Of a stretch of 64,000 nucleotides of DNA, positions 8,301 through 17,409 are shown in pieces. The notes beneath the pieces were generated by a model. It was given only the letters and a program-made list of their open reading frames with translations. It had not been told where the DNA came from and made no database searches. The DNA lies in assembly GCA_964291315.2 (NCBI GenBank), contig OZ219753.1, positions 2,976,001-3,040,000 of the forward strand. Reading direction: 5' to 3'. A program made the position numbers and the translations under genes. The DNA comes from Candidatus Poribacteria bacterium (GTDB taxonomy: Bacteria > Poribacteria > WGA-4E > WGA-3G). Numbering within the stretch: the stretch's first letter is position 1; the number at the start of each line of letters is the position of its first letter.

Positions 8301-10988
8301 TTAAGATTCCTCCGCCTTGGCCTTTAAATCATAGAGTATATTCACGGCATCTAAGGGCGTTATCTGTGCAAGCTCCAGTCGTTGAATTTCTTCGACGAGG
8401 GGGTGCGTCTTCGGTTTAAAGAGGGTCATCTGTAGCGAATCGCTTTGTATTGTTTTGCGTGAAACGCGGCGGCGCGGTTTCGGCATCGTGGGCTGTATTT
8501 TTCGAGGGTGGCCGGTGGCCCCATCTGCCTCGACACTGAGATTGTGCTGTTCAAGTGCCTCAAGTATCTGTTGTGCGCGTGTGATCACGGCTTGGGGCAA
8601 TCCGGCGAGGCGTGCAACGTGGATTCCGTAGCTCTGATCGGCACCGCCTGGTACAACTTTTCGGAGGAAGGTCACCTTCTGCCCGTCTTCATGAACAGCG
8701 ACGTTATAGTTCTTTACGCGTTTATATTTGCTGGCAAGTTCCACCAATTCATGATAGTGCGTCGCAAAGAGGGTTTTTGCGCCCATCCGCTTTTCATCTA
8801 TGAGATATTCCGAGACCGCCCACGCGATGCTGAGCCCGTCAAAGGTACTGGTCCCACGTCCAACTTCGTCGAAAATGACAAGGCTGTTCCGGGTGGCGTT
8901 GTTGAGGATATTCGCGGTCTCGTTCATCTCGACGAGGAAGGTACTCTGTCCCATGACGAGGTTGTCTGATGCTCCGACTCTTGTGAAAATGCGGTCTACG
9001 AGTCCGATTTTCGCGGCAGCAGCAGGCACAAAGCACCCCACTTGTGCCATTAGAACGATGAGCGCGGTCTGTCGGAGATAGGTACTTTTACCGCTCATAT
9101 TTGGTCCTGTGATGATGTGTAGTTGCTGTTCATCGCAGTTGAGTGTTGTATCATTAGGGACAAAACCTTCCTGCGTGAACAGCTGTTCTACTACAGGGTG
9201 TCTGCCGTCCCGGATAATAATCTCGTCCCCGGTTGTCACGGTCGGTTTGACGTAGCTGTATTTCGCTGCGACGTAGGCGAAATTAGCGAGGACATCCAGC
9301 ATTGCGATTGCCGCTGCGATTTTCTGAACGGCTTCTGTAAATTTCGCAGTTTCTTCGCGAATGCGACAGAAGAGCTCATACTCCAAGGTCTGTATGTGAT
9401 CTTCTGCGTTCAGTACCTTCGCCTCTTGTTCTTTGAGTTCAGGGGTGATGAACCGCTCGGAGTGCCGAAGCGTCTGTTTACGGATATAGTCGTCAGGCAC
9501 CATGTGCAGATTCGGTTTGGTCACGTCGATGTAATAACCGAAAACTTGATTGAATCCAATCTTCAAAGACTGAATTCCGCTTCGTTTGCGTTCTGCTTCT
9601 TGCATTGCTGCGATCCACTCTTTTCCTTGCCCGACGATCTGGCGAAGTTCGTCCAATTCCTCGCTATAGCCGTCGCGGATGACACCGCCTTCCCGGATGG
9701 TTGCAGGCGGTTCCGGGTGGATGCCGCGTTCAATTAGATCGACGAGTTCCGGAAGTGTGTCCAAGGTATCATTGAGGGCGTGCAGCATTGCGCACTTACA
9801 GTGCTGCAGGTGTTCTTTAACATCGGGGATTAGGCGGAGGGAGTCTTTGAGTGCATTCAGGTCTCGCCCGTTCACGGAGCCGAGGCTGATGCGAGAGATG
9901 AGTCGCTCGATATCATACATCTGCTTGAGTGCGTCGCGCAGTTCTTCTTGGAGGCCCACTTGGGTTTTAAGCTCGTGTACTGCGCTCAGCCGTTCTTCGA
10001 TTTCCTTTTCGTCAAGCAAGGGTTGCAACAGGCATTGTCGCGTTTTCCGTCCGCCCATTGCTGTCACCGTCTGATCAAGCACTTCAAGGAGCGTGCCTTT
10101 TGTAGAGCCGTCGCGGATAGAGGCAGTTAACTCAAGGTTACGTTGTGTATCGGCATCCAGCACCATAAAATCTGAGAGTGTGTAGGTGTGAAGCGATACG
10201 ATGTGTTCGACTTCCTGTTTTTGTGTCTCATTTAGGTAGTAGATGAGTGCGCCGGCGGCGGAGACGGCAGCCGGTAGGTGCTCACATCCGAACCCGTCGA
10301 GCGAGATTGTCTGGAAATGTTCAAGGAGTTCAGTACGGGCGGTATCCATTTCGAAACGCCAATCAGGCAAGTTATTGAGTGTCACTTTGAGGTCGGTCCT
10401 GAGTCGGTCAAACAGCTCCGGATCCTCAAATGCATCGGAGAAGAGGCATTCTTTCGGTGCAAAGCGGTGGATCTCTGACCAGAGACGCGCTGGATCTGTT
10501 AGCTGGGTCACAAGAAACTCGCCTGTTGAGATATCAGCGACAGCAAACCCGTGGGTGCTTTTGTCACAATAGATGGAGACGATGTAGTTGTTCATCTTAT
10601 GTTCAAGCACTTTCGGATCGGTCACGGTGCCGGGTGTAACGATTCGGACGACATCGCGTTTGACGAGGCGATTTTGGTCGCGGGCAAGTTTTGCATCTTC
10701 GGTCTGCTCCAAAATAGCGACTTTGTGCCCGGCTTTGACGAGTTTATAGAGGTAGGAGTCGAGGGCATGGTGTGGGATCCCCGCCATGGGTGGTGGTGCG
10801 GAATTCTGGCTTTTATGGCTTCTTGCGGTCAGGGCGATCTCAAGCACGCGGGCAATAAGCTCCGCGTCTTCAAAAAAGGCTTCATAGAAATCGCCGACGC
10901 GACAGAGCAGAATCGCGTCTCCATGCTGCTTTTTTACCTGCTTATAGAGTTCCATCAACGACAAGTCTGACTGTTTCGAACGGGACAT
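8301..10988 (-). CDS. mutS: DNA mismatch repair protein MutS
   Basis: GDFYEAF, TGPNMSGKSTY, STFLVEM, DEVGRGTST, FATHYHE, SYGIHVA. Confidence 0.97.
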   Translation of the reverse strand: MSRSKQSDLSLMELYKQVKKQHGDAILLCRVGDFYEAFFEDAELIARVLEIALTARSHKSQNSAPPPMAGIPHHALDSYLYKLVKAGHKVAILEQTEDAKLARDQNRLVKRDVVRIVTPGTVTDPKVLEHKMNNYIVSIYCDKSTHGFAVADISTGEFLVTQLTDPARLWSEIHRFAPKECLFSDAFEDPELFDRLRTDLKVTLNNLPDWRFEMDTARTELLEHFQTISLDGFGCEHLPAAVSAAGALIYYLNETQKQEVEHIVSLHTYTLSDFMVLDADTQRNLELTASIRDGSTKGTLLEVLDQTVTAMGGRKTRQCLLQPLLDEKEIEERLSAVHELKTQVGLQEELRDALKQMYDIERLISRISLGSVNGRDLNALKDSLRLIPDVKEHLQHCKCAMLHALNDTLDTLPELVDLIERGIHPEPPATIREGGVIRDGYSEELDELRQIVGQGKEWIAAMQEAERKRSGIQSLKIGFNQVFGYYIDVTKPNLHMVPDDYIRKQTLRHSERFITPELKEQEAKVLNAEDHIQTLEYELFCRIREETAKFTEAVQKIAAAIAMLDVLANFAYVAAKYSYVKPTVTTGDEIIIRDGRHPVVEQLFTQEGFVPNDTTLNCDEQQLHIITGPNMSGKSTYLRQTALIVLMAQVGCFVPAAAAKIGLVDRIFTRVGASDNLVMGQSTFLVEMNETANILNNATRNSLVIFDEVGRGTSTFDGLSIAWAVSEYLIDEKRMGAKTLFATHYHELVELASKYKRVKNYNVAVHEDGQKVTFLRKVVPGGADQSYGIHVARLAGLPQAVITRAQQILEALEQHNLSVEADGATGHPRKIQPTMPKPRRRVSRKTIQSDSLQMTLFKPKTHPLVEEIQRLELAQITPLDAVNILYDLKAKAEES

Positions 10989-11226
10989 ACGGTTTTCCTT
11001 GCTACGCTGCGCGTGGTTGTCTGTTATACGAGAAGATAATTTTTAATACCGTAGCACAATCTGTATTATATGTCAAATGTATTTTGGTTTTTGATGTTCT
11101 CGGCAAAAAATTAAAGGTGCGATCAGACCATTAGCAGCAAGGAAAGTTAGGGATGCCCATTTGACAAAGAATCTGACAAAGAAGCGGGATTAGAAAAAAC
11201 AGAGAGAAAGGACGGGTATGGAAATA

Positions 11227-14202
11227 TTACCGTTTAGAAGCAAGCAGCTTCTCTAATTCTTGTCCGAGCAGTTGTGGATCTCGACAGACAAAGAACTCCC
11301 ATCTCCCCAGCTCGCCCCAATGGTTGACAGCCGACACCCATCGCTTGGCGGCAGTGTGTTTGGCTTGGGCCTGTTCGGGTTCAAAGCCTTTGATTTCCAG
11401 AACAAGACGCAGCCCGTTTCTGAGATTGACGATGAAATCAGGTTCATAAAAACGGGACCCACCGGCGTGCTCGTAAGGGATACCGAGACCGAGGTGATCG
11501 TTGCGAACGTAGCATTCTACGATTTCGGACTCCTCCAACCGGAATGTGGCAGCGCGTTCCCAGGTATCCGTATCCAGCACGACCTGATTCACATGACTGC
11601 GTTGTGCCTGCGTACACGGGCGTGATGTAAGAAAATCCACATCAGCAGACGTGCCGATAGGTGCATAACGATTCAGGATAGGCAGGAGCGGGATTTCACC
11701 CTTCGTCTCATCGGGTTGTATTGCGCTCATGAGACGTTCTACGATAGCTGCAACGTACTTCTCTTGTCCGAGTTCACGCGGGTCGCATCCGCGGAAATTC
11801 ACCTTCGTTTTGACATAGGCATCAACGAACTTAAAAACCTGCGGGAAGAGACGGTGTCGGGAGAGCCATCGGAGTCTCGGATGGCTTTTCGGGTCTGGAG
11901 CGGTTTGGCTATCCCCCACCAATTTACAGACAATTCGGTGTGCGATTTGAAATTTGATGGCTTGGAGGTGTATACTGTCGTAATAGGCTTGCCGGTCTTG
12001 GCGTTCTGCGACACCCGGCCCTGACGTAGTAGGGGCACCGGTTTCATATCCAACCGAGGGTTTGACATATAGGGCAGTCGGGTTAAGCTCGGGTTGGATG
12101 TGCAACGGTTCCGTAGATTCGATATCGGCCTTGATCTCGTTTTTTTCGAGAGCGAAGGCGTATCCTTCAACAATTGGAAATCGGATTTCAAGATGTTTAC
12201 GGTCGGAGAGGGCTCGGACGTGATTTTTGGGCTTGTCGTCCGGGACACGCGCGTTCGTGGCTCTACCTTTAAACGGTATCACTGAAAAGGGGATGCCGTA
12301 GACATCGACGTACTCCTCGGTAAGGAGTCCCGTTTCTGGGTCGGGGGTGTAGCTCATCCGGCGTAACCCGCGTCCGACAACCTGTTCACAGAGCAGTTGG
12401 CTGGTGAAAGCGCGGAGTCCGAGGATATGTGTAACGTTATTGGCATCCCAGCCTTCATTGAGCATTGCAACGGAGACGACGCATCGGATCTGTTCGCCGG
12501 GGTGGCCGGGTTTCCCGATTGTAGCGACGATTTGGCGTAGGTCTTGGGCAGCTTGGCTGCGGTTTCTATTTGGGTCCTCGCTTTCTGCCGCTGCCAACAT
12601 TTTGCTATCAATGCGTAGGGTTCGTTTCACTGTCTCGCTGTTTGAAAGGAGTTCTGGAAAAATTGTTCCTTGCTGATAGACTGTTTTTGTCCCTTTCTTT
12701 TTTCGCCGGTTGCGACTGTTCCCGTTTTCATCAACGGCTTCGACGGTTCGTTCTCCGGAAATCCGTTGATAAAAATACGCTGCGATGTTGGTATCCGCAC
12801 AGACGACGATTAAGACAGGCGGTGTCTTCTCTTGTGCGTCTGATGCGTCTTGGATGTATTCGAATCGTTCTTTCCACTGGCTGGCAAGGGTGATGAGTGC
12901 GGTTTCCGCCTCGCGGTAGATGGTTTCTGGAGTTGAGGCTTCGCCTGCGGCTCGGAGCCCGTCTCCAATTGTTTTCCACAGTCGGAAGAACTTTGGTTCG
13001 GGTCTGCCGGTGGTGTCGCTGACTGGGATTCGCGGTATCTTGGTGATACCGCTCTCAATAGCGTCCACTAGACCGAAGTCGCTGACGAGCCAGGGAAAGG
13101 GTACCCCCTCGGGATATCCGCTTCCGTGGATGTAGAAGGGTGTAGCGGAGAGATCAACACAGAATTTCACACCACACGCGCGGTTGAACGTGTCTAATCC
13201 TCTGACCCAGACAGTGGCATCCTGCCGTTCCTTCTTTTCCGCAGCGGAGAGGCGTTCATCAGTCTCTGCGGGGCGGTAGGCGTGATGTCCCTCGTCGTTG
13301 AGCACCATAATCGGTGCCCGGTCGTAGAGTTCTCCTAAGATGCGCTTCGCAAAAGCGTCCGGTGTTTCCTCGCCCTTATTGACAACTGTATAGGTTTGGC
13401 CGCCTTCGGCATGTGCCGATTCGAGTGTGAATTGATGCCAATTGGTGACGAGTACTTTTCCGGTATTGAGGAGGGCTCGGAGTTTGGTCGGGATGAGTTC
13501 AAATGCGTCGTAGTAATTATTGTCGGCTTCGGGGCGCAAAACCTTAAGTCGTTCTTTGATAGTGAGGTTTGGACAGACGACGAGCGCTGCGTGCGGGAAA
13601 CGTTCATCCGAGGTGACTTTGCCGCGGTTGCAAAACGCCCAGGCGATGAGCATCGCCATCACGACAGTTTTGCCGCTGCCGGTTGCCATTTTGCATCCGT
13701 AACGGATAAGTGCTGGAATGTCCGGTGCGTTGTTGGGTGTATCTACCAGGGTAGCGAGATTTTCATCGGTGAATTGCGGTGTGAAGCCGATTCGTTTTCC
13801 GCCTTGCCGTATTTCAGCGAGGTAGATGATTGTTTCGACGGCTTCTCGTTGGCAGAAAAAGAGTCGTCTTAGCAGGTCTTCGCGCGCCCAATGTCGGAGG
13901 AGTTCGCGGGTGATGGGTGTGGCGTTTCGGTAGTTTGTTTCCCGCCAGCGTTCTACATCTGCGCGGAGTGCGTTGACGAGGGGCAGGTCGTCCCACTCTT
14001 CTTCTCGAAACATTTGGAGCTGTTCGCTGCCGGTGCGCTGCGTCTTGTACCAGTAGCCTGCGTCGCGCCGTCCGGACTGTTTGACGGCTTCGCCGGTGAG
14101 GGTATCGTAAATCCAGTGTGCGGTCGGTTTTTCGTACGGGCTGCACAGAATGGGTTGCTCTACAGGTTGGATCGGGATGTCGGATTGGTTTTGGCTGCGT
14201 AT
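11227..14202 (-). CDS. res: Type III restriction enzyme Res-like subunit (SF2 helicase plus C-terminal PD-(D/E)XK nuclease)
   Basis: MATGSGKT, NDEGHH, SATP, EGWDA, QVVGRGLRR, YEPDFIV..LEIKG; frame stays open upstream of 14013 to an ATA at 14202 behind an AAGAGG RBS. Confidence 0.88.
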   Translation of the reverse strand: MRSQNQSDIPIQPVEQPILCSPYEKPTAHWIYDTLTGEAVKQSGRRDAGYWYKTQRTGSEQLQMFREEEWDDLPLVNALRADVERWRETNYRNATPITRELLRHWAREDLLRRLFFCQREAVETIIYLAEIRQGGKRIGFTPQFTDENLATLVDTPNNAPDIPALIRYGCKMATGSGKTVVMAMLIAWAFCNRGKVTSDERFPHAALVVCPNLTIKERLKVLRPEADNNYYDAFELIPTKLRALLNTGKVLVTNWHQFTLESAHAEGGQTYTVVNKGEETPDAFAKRILGELYDRAPIMVLNDEGHHAYRPAETDERLSAAEKKERQDATVWVRGLDTFNRACGVKFCVDLSATPFYIHGSGYPEGVPFPWLVSDFGLVDAIESGITKIPRIPVSDTTGRPEPKFFRLWKTIGDGLRAAGEASTPETIYREAETALITLASQWKERFEYIQDASDAQEKTPPVLIVVCADTNIAAYFYQRISGERTVEAVDENGNSRNRRKKKGTKTVYQQGTIFPELLSNSETVKRTLRIDSKMLAAAESEDPNRNRSQAAQDLRQIVATIGKPGHPGEQIRCVVSVAMLNEGWDANNVTHILGLRAFTSQLLCEQVVGRGLRRMSYTPDPETGLLTEEYVDVYGIPFSVIPFKGRATNARVPDDKPKNHVRALSDRKHLEIRFPIVEGYAFALEKNEIKADIESTEPLHIQPELNPTALYVKPSVGYETGAPTTSGPGVAERQDRQAYYDSIHLQAIKFQIAHRIVCKLVGDSQTAPDPKSHPRLRWLSRHRLFPQVFKFVDAYVKTKVNFRGCDPRELGQEKYVAAIVERLMSAIQPDETKGEIPLLPILNRYAPIGTSADVDFLTSRPCTQAQRSHVNQVVLDTDTWERAATFRLEESEIVECYVRNDHLGLGIPYEHAGGSRFYEPDFIVNLRNGLRLVLEIKGFEPEQAQAKHTAAKRWVSAVNHWGELGRWEFFVCRDPQLLGQELEKLLASKR

Positions 14203-14347
14203 GTTAGTAACCTCTTTTTGCGCTTTCCAATCACTTACAAATTTGGGTTCTGTTCGCTTTCAAACTTATACCATTATCTCAATAAAGCGGCGCACTCCGG
14301 CTAAATACAACTTTTGTCTCTTACTAACACAGCTTCGCGGCTATATC

Positions 14348-14626
14348 CTACTTTGGAGAAATATTATTGTCATCTGCCCCATCTTCAAGTTTTCTCCTGG
14401 CCTGACGTGCCTCGAATTCCTTTTTGAAACTTGACAACTTCTTGCAACATGCACATTTCTTCTGAGCACGCAAACGTGCTGGTTCGGATTTAACCGATAT
14501 GCTGCTTTCTGACCTAGTTCCGTGTGCAGCAAGATACAATAAAATTACACAAGCGGCCAATATCGATACGACTAAATAGAATCTTCCGTGATTTTGAAAT
14601 AGTCTCTTCATAGTTCCCCTAATCAA
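14348..14626 (-). CDS. Small membrane-anchored protein with KKCACCKK motif
   Basis: N-terminal hydrophobic helix; overlaps the stop of the upstream gene. Confidence 0.6.
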   Translation of the reverse strand: MIRGTMKRLFQNHGRFYLVVSILAACVILLYLAAHGTRSESSISVKSEPARLRAQKKCACCKKLSSFKKEFEARQARRKLEDGADDNNISPK

Positions 14627-15201
14627 GACCCGTTTTCCGAGATCTCATATTCAATTTTACAATCAGTTAATTCACGACCGTTTGCTACTAATTCGGCACC
14701 CAATTCGTTCCAAAAACGAATATCTGCTTCAAGTTCTGCAATATGTGCCTTTGTAGTAAGTTTAAGATCTTTTATCATTTCCAACTTAAGATTTAGCAGC
14801 TGCAGCATATCAGGTATAGTTGTTTCACCTGCCATGTCCATTCTAGCACTTATTCTGGCAATTTTTTCGGCTAAAGGATGCCCGTAATACATCCAGTTAT
14901 AATATTCTATATAGGCTTTTAGTGCCTCGTTTGGACGTGTTTCTCGCAGTTTTATATACTTTTTTCGTGCTGCTCTGGATTTCTTCCAGCGTGTGCTCCG
15001 ATCAGCAAATTCATATAATTCCTGTTGTGTTGAGAATTCTTCATCAGCCGAAGTTTTTTCGACAGTTGAGAATTCTTCATCAGCCGAACTTTTTTCGACA
15101 AAGGTATGTTCTACACCCCCATCGTCTCGACCGCAGCCTATCTGCGATATCAAAACACTACAAATTGACATAACGAGTAAGGAAATTTTTGTCCAACGCA
15201 T
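14623..15201 (-). CDS. Putative lipoprotein, paralog of 15213..15743
   Basis: Signal peptide ending QIGC; shares RWKKSRAARK..YIEY.NWM.YGHPLA..IPDML with its neighbour. Confidence 0.75.
   Translation of the reverse strand: MRWTKISLLVMSICSVLISQIGCGRDDGGVEHTFVEKSSADEEFSTVEKTSADEEFSTQQELYEFADRSTRWKKSRAARKKYIKLRETRPNEALKAYIEYYNWMYYGHPLAEKIARISARMDMAGETTIPDMLQLLNLKLEMIKDLKLTTKAHIAELEADIRFWNELGAELVANGRELTDCKIEYEISENGS
15029..15100. repeat. 36-bp tandem duplication (2 copies, 1 mismatch)
   Basis: gttgagaattcttcatcagccgaa(g/c)ttttttcgaca x2; encodes EK(S/T)SADEEFST. Confidence 0.95.
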
Positions 15202-15212
15202 TATTGATTCTC

Positions 15213-15743
15213 CTAATCAATGCCTTCGCCGATTTCATACTGGATCTCAAAATCAGCTGGGTCTTCACCGTGACTTTTTAGGTCTTCGGCAAGTTCAGTC
15301 CAAAAAAGAATATTTTCCTCAAGTTCCTCAATATGTTTCTTGCGGCTTTGAAGATCATGCTCCATTTCCAATTCAAAATTCAAGAGCTTGAGCATATCAG
15401 GTATATTTGTTTTCCCTGCCATATCCATTTTAGCACTCAGTTTTGCGATTTCTGTTGCTAAGGGATGCCCATAATGCATCCAATTACGATATTCAATATA
15501 TGCATTCAAAGCGGCATCTGGATATTTATCTCGCAATCTCATATACCTTTTGCGTGCTGCCCTAGACTTTTTCCAGCGAATCTCATGATCAGCAGTTTCA
15601 TAGCGTTTTTGTTTCGTTAGCACTTCTGCATCGGCTATGTTTTGTTCAATGAGTGCCTCTTCCACGTCATCTGAACATCCTATTTGGCATCCGATAACAC
15701 AGCAAATTAATAGTGCTAACAAATACATCTTAGTCGATTGCAT
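15213..15743 (-). CDS. Putative lipoprotein, paralog of 14623..15201
   Basis: Signal peptide ending QIGC; clear similarity to the downstream gene. Confidence 0.75.
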   Translation of the reverse strand: MQSTKMYLLALLICCVIGCQIGCSDDVEEALIEQNIADAEVLTKQKRYETADHEIRWKKSRAARKRYMRLRDKYPDAALNAYIEYRNWMHYGHPLATEIAKLSAKMDMAGKTNIPDMLKLLNFELEMEHDLQSRKKHIEELEENILFWTELAEDLKSHGEDPADFEIQYEIGEGID

Positions 15744-15762
15744 ACTCAGTTATCCTATTAAT

Positions 15763-15788
15763 GCCGCCAACCCTTTCAAGTTGGCGGC
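15763..15788 (-). terminator. GC-rich hairpin (terminator or mRNA-stabilising stem)
   Basis: GCCGCCAAC-cctttcaa-GTTGGCGGC perfect 9-bp stem; weak U tail. Confidence 0.55.
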
Positions 15789-15807
15789 GGCCAGGTTCCG
15801 TTACCAA

Positions 15808-15981
15808 TTAATCACAAGCATTGTTATGATAAAATGGATTCCAATGCCATACTGTATCACACACTGTTTTTGTTGCTATTCGGTATTCTGATTTTATCGA
15901 ACCCCAGGTTGTCCCTCCATAAGGGCCATCGTAAAATTCTACCTCAACAGTCCTGCAGTAGAAATTATCGACAATTTCCAA
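15808..15981 (-). CDS. Possible small Cys/Trp-rich peptide or gene remnant
   Basis: Frame open 16056 to 15808; from TTG 15981 reads 57 aa LEIVDNFYCRTVEVEFYDGPYGGTTWGSIKSEYRIATKTVCDTVWHWNPFYHNNACD; lies between a promoter and a hairpin; no ATG or clear RBS. Confidence 0.35.
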   Translation of the reverse strand: MEIVDNFYCRTVEVEFYDGPYGGTTWGSIKSEYRIATKTVCDTVWHWNPFYHNNACD

Positions 15982-16087
15982 AAATAGGCATATACTTAAG
16001 GCGAGAGTTTTAGGTGAAGTAATAAATGGATGGATTAGAGGACCCTCATAACACTCTTAATCCATACATATTCAAGTATCAATGAAT

Positions 16088-16116
16088 ATAATAACATAGA
16101 CCGTAAAAAAAGTCAA
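16088..16116 (-). promoter_or_regulatory. Promoter of the inserted cassette
   Basis: Minus strand TTGACT-17bp-TATTAT with TGn extension. Confidence 0.55.
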
Positions 16117-16197
16117 GAAAAAAATCGCACTAATAGTCTCCTCTTCGAGATCCTAAAAACCGGGCACAAAACCCCTACTGAAAAAAAAGTTTCTTTT

Positions 16198-17409
16198 TTA
16201 ATACCGCTGGTCTGCCAGACTATGCAGACTCATCACCTCATTTCCGCGCGGGTCGATGACTTTGACAGCGACCTGTTTATGCGGTCCGGGACGGAACGGG
16301 AACGACGTTGTGCCGCTGAAACGCTCAAACTGCTCTTCGTCAATAACGCCTCTCAAGGCACGGGCGATCTTCTTCCACGCGGTCTTGTCCGGAAAGAAGG
16401 CTTGTGTGATGCAGAACGTGCGCCCATCGTAGTCGGTATCCACAAACCACGCCGCCACCTTATCCGCACCCGCAGAGCGCACGGTGTTGTCTGACGGGTC
16501 GTAGATGTCCACGCCCTCCATCTTGACAATATATTCCTCTTCGCCGGCTTCCTCAAGGGTTGTGCGGGGCATTCCGAAGACGGTAAAGAGCTGGGTTGAG
16601 GGTGTCTGCTTGAGGAGTCCGCCCATTGCGACGTCGGGGTTGATGTGTGCCATGTGGATACGGACCCTGGGGTTCGGATCGTCTTGGATAACTGCTTGTG
16701 CGGCGCCGTCAAAACTGAACCCCGCGAAGACGAGTTCATCGTAGCCGCGGCGGGAGGCGATGGGCAGACACGCCTCGACTTGCATTGCGGTGATGGGGCC
16801 GTGCTGTGGTCCAAATGCGACGGCGACGGAGGATTCAGTATCGCAGTGTTTCCAAGTGCCTTCTGCGTGGAGGATATCGGCTTCGAGGGGGTCGAGGGTG
16901 TCGAATTTCAAGGTGTTGTTATCAGGGAATCGCACGCCGTCGTGTCGGAGGTGATGTATCATCTGTTCGAGGTATGCCTCTGCATTGACTGCTTGGTGCG
17001 TGTCGGTCTCGGCATCAAAAGTAGTATCGACTTCTTCGGGTTGTGCTGCGATAGGTGAATCAAGGTCGAGCGACTCTTCTGCGGGTTGCACTGCCTCTAC
17101 GGTGAAGGGACCGGTGACGCGCACTCGTTTTCTGTCGATGTGTGGCTGATCGACAAGTTCTTCGGTTTCAGATGCTGCGGCGATGCATGCGTTGACGTCG
17201 TTCATCTTTGCTTGCCACGCTTTGCGGTAGTCTACGAGAGCGTGTTGGAGTGGTTTTGGCCAGTCGGGGTCTGTATCGAAGGGTACTTGCCAGTCGTTCC
17301 AATGTGTATCTGGGAGGTGCCAGCGGCATCTGTCTGCGTCTGTGATGGCAGTTTTGCCGTGTTTTTTCTGCTTATGTTTGAGTTTTGCGAGGAGTTTTAT
17401 GCGAAGCGG
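16198..17409 (-). CDS. mod: Type III Mod-like DNA methyltransferase, C-terminal part (out of frame after poly-C tract)
   Basis: Open frame from the tract: PLRIKLLAKL..WQVPFDTDPDWP..RVTGPFTVEAV..WFVDTDYDG..AVKVIDPRGNEVM. Confidence 0.85.
   Translation of the reverse strand, partial: PLRIKLLAKLKHKQKKHGKTAITDADRCRWHLPDTHWNDWQVPFDTDPDWPKPLQHALVDYRKAWQAKMNDVNACIAAASETEELVDQPHIDRKRVRVTGPFTVEAVQPAEESLDLDSPIAAQPEEVDTTFDAETDTHQAVNAEAYLEQMIHHLRHDGVRFPDNNTLKFDTLDPLEADILHAEGTWKHCDTESSVAVAFGPQHGPITAMQVEACLPIASRRGYDELVFAGFSFDGAAQAVIQDDPNPRVRIHMAHINPDVAMGGLLKQTPSTQLFTVFGMPRTTLEEAGEEEYIVKMEGVDIYDPSDNTVRSAGADKVAAWFVDTDYDGRTFCITQAFFPDKTAWKKIARALRGVIDEEQFERFSGTTSFPFRPGPHKQVAVKVIDPRGNEVMSLHSLADQRY

Noticed and set aside
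11162-11183. TGACAAAGAA direct repeat between mutS and res as a possible att site
   Set aside because: Only two 10-bp copies, no match to the tRNA-Asn 3' end, and no integrase
15029-15100. 36-bp repeat resembling a CRISPR repeat in length
   Set aside because: Two abutting copies with no spacer, in frame within a CDS, and no cas genes
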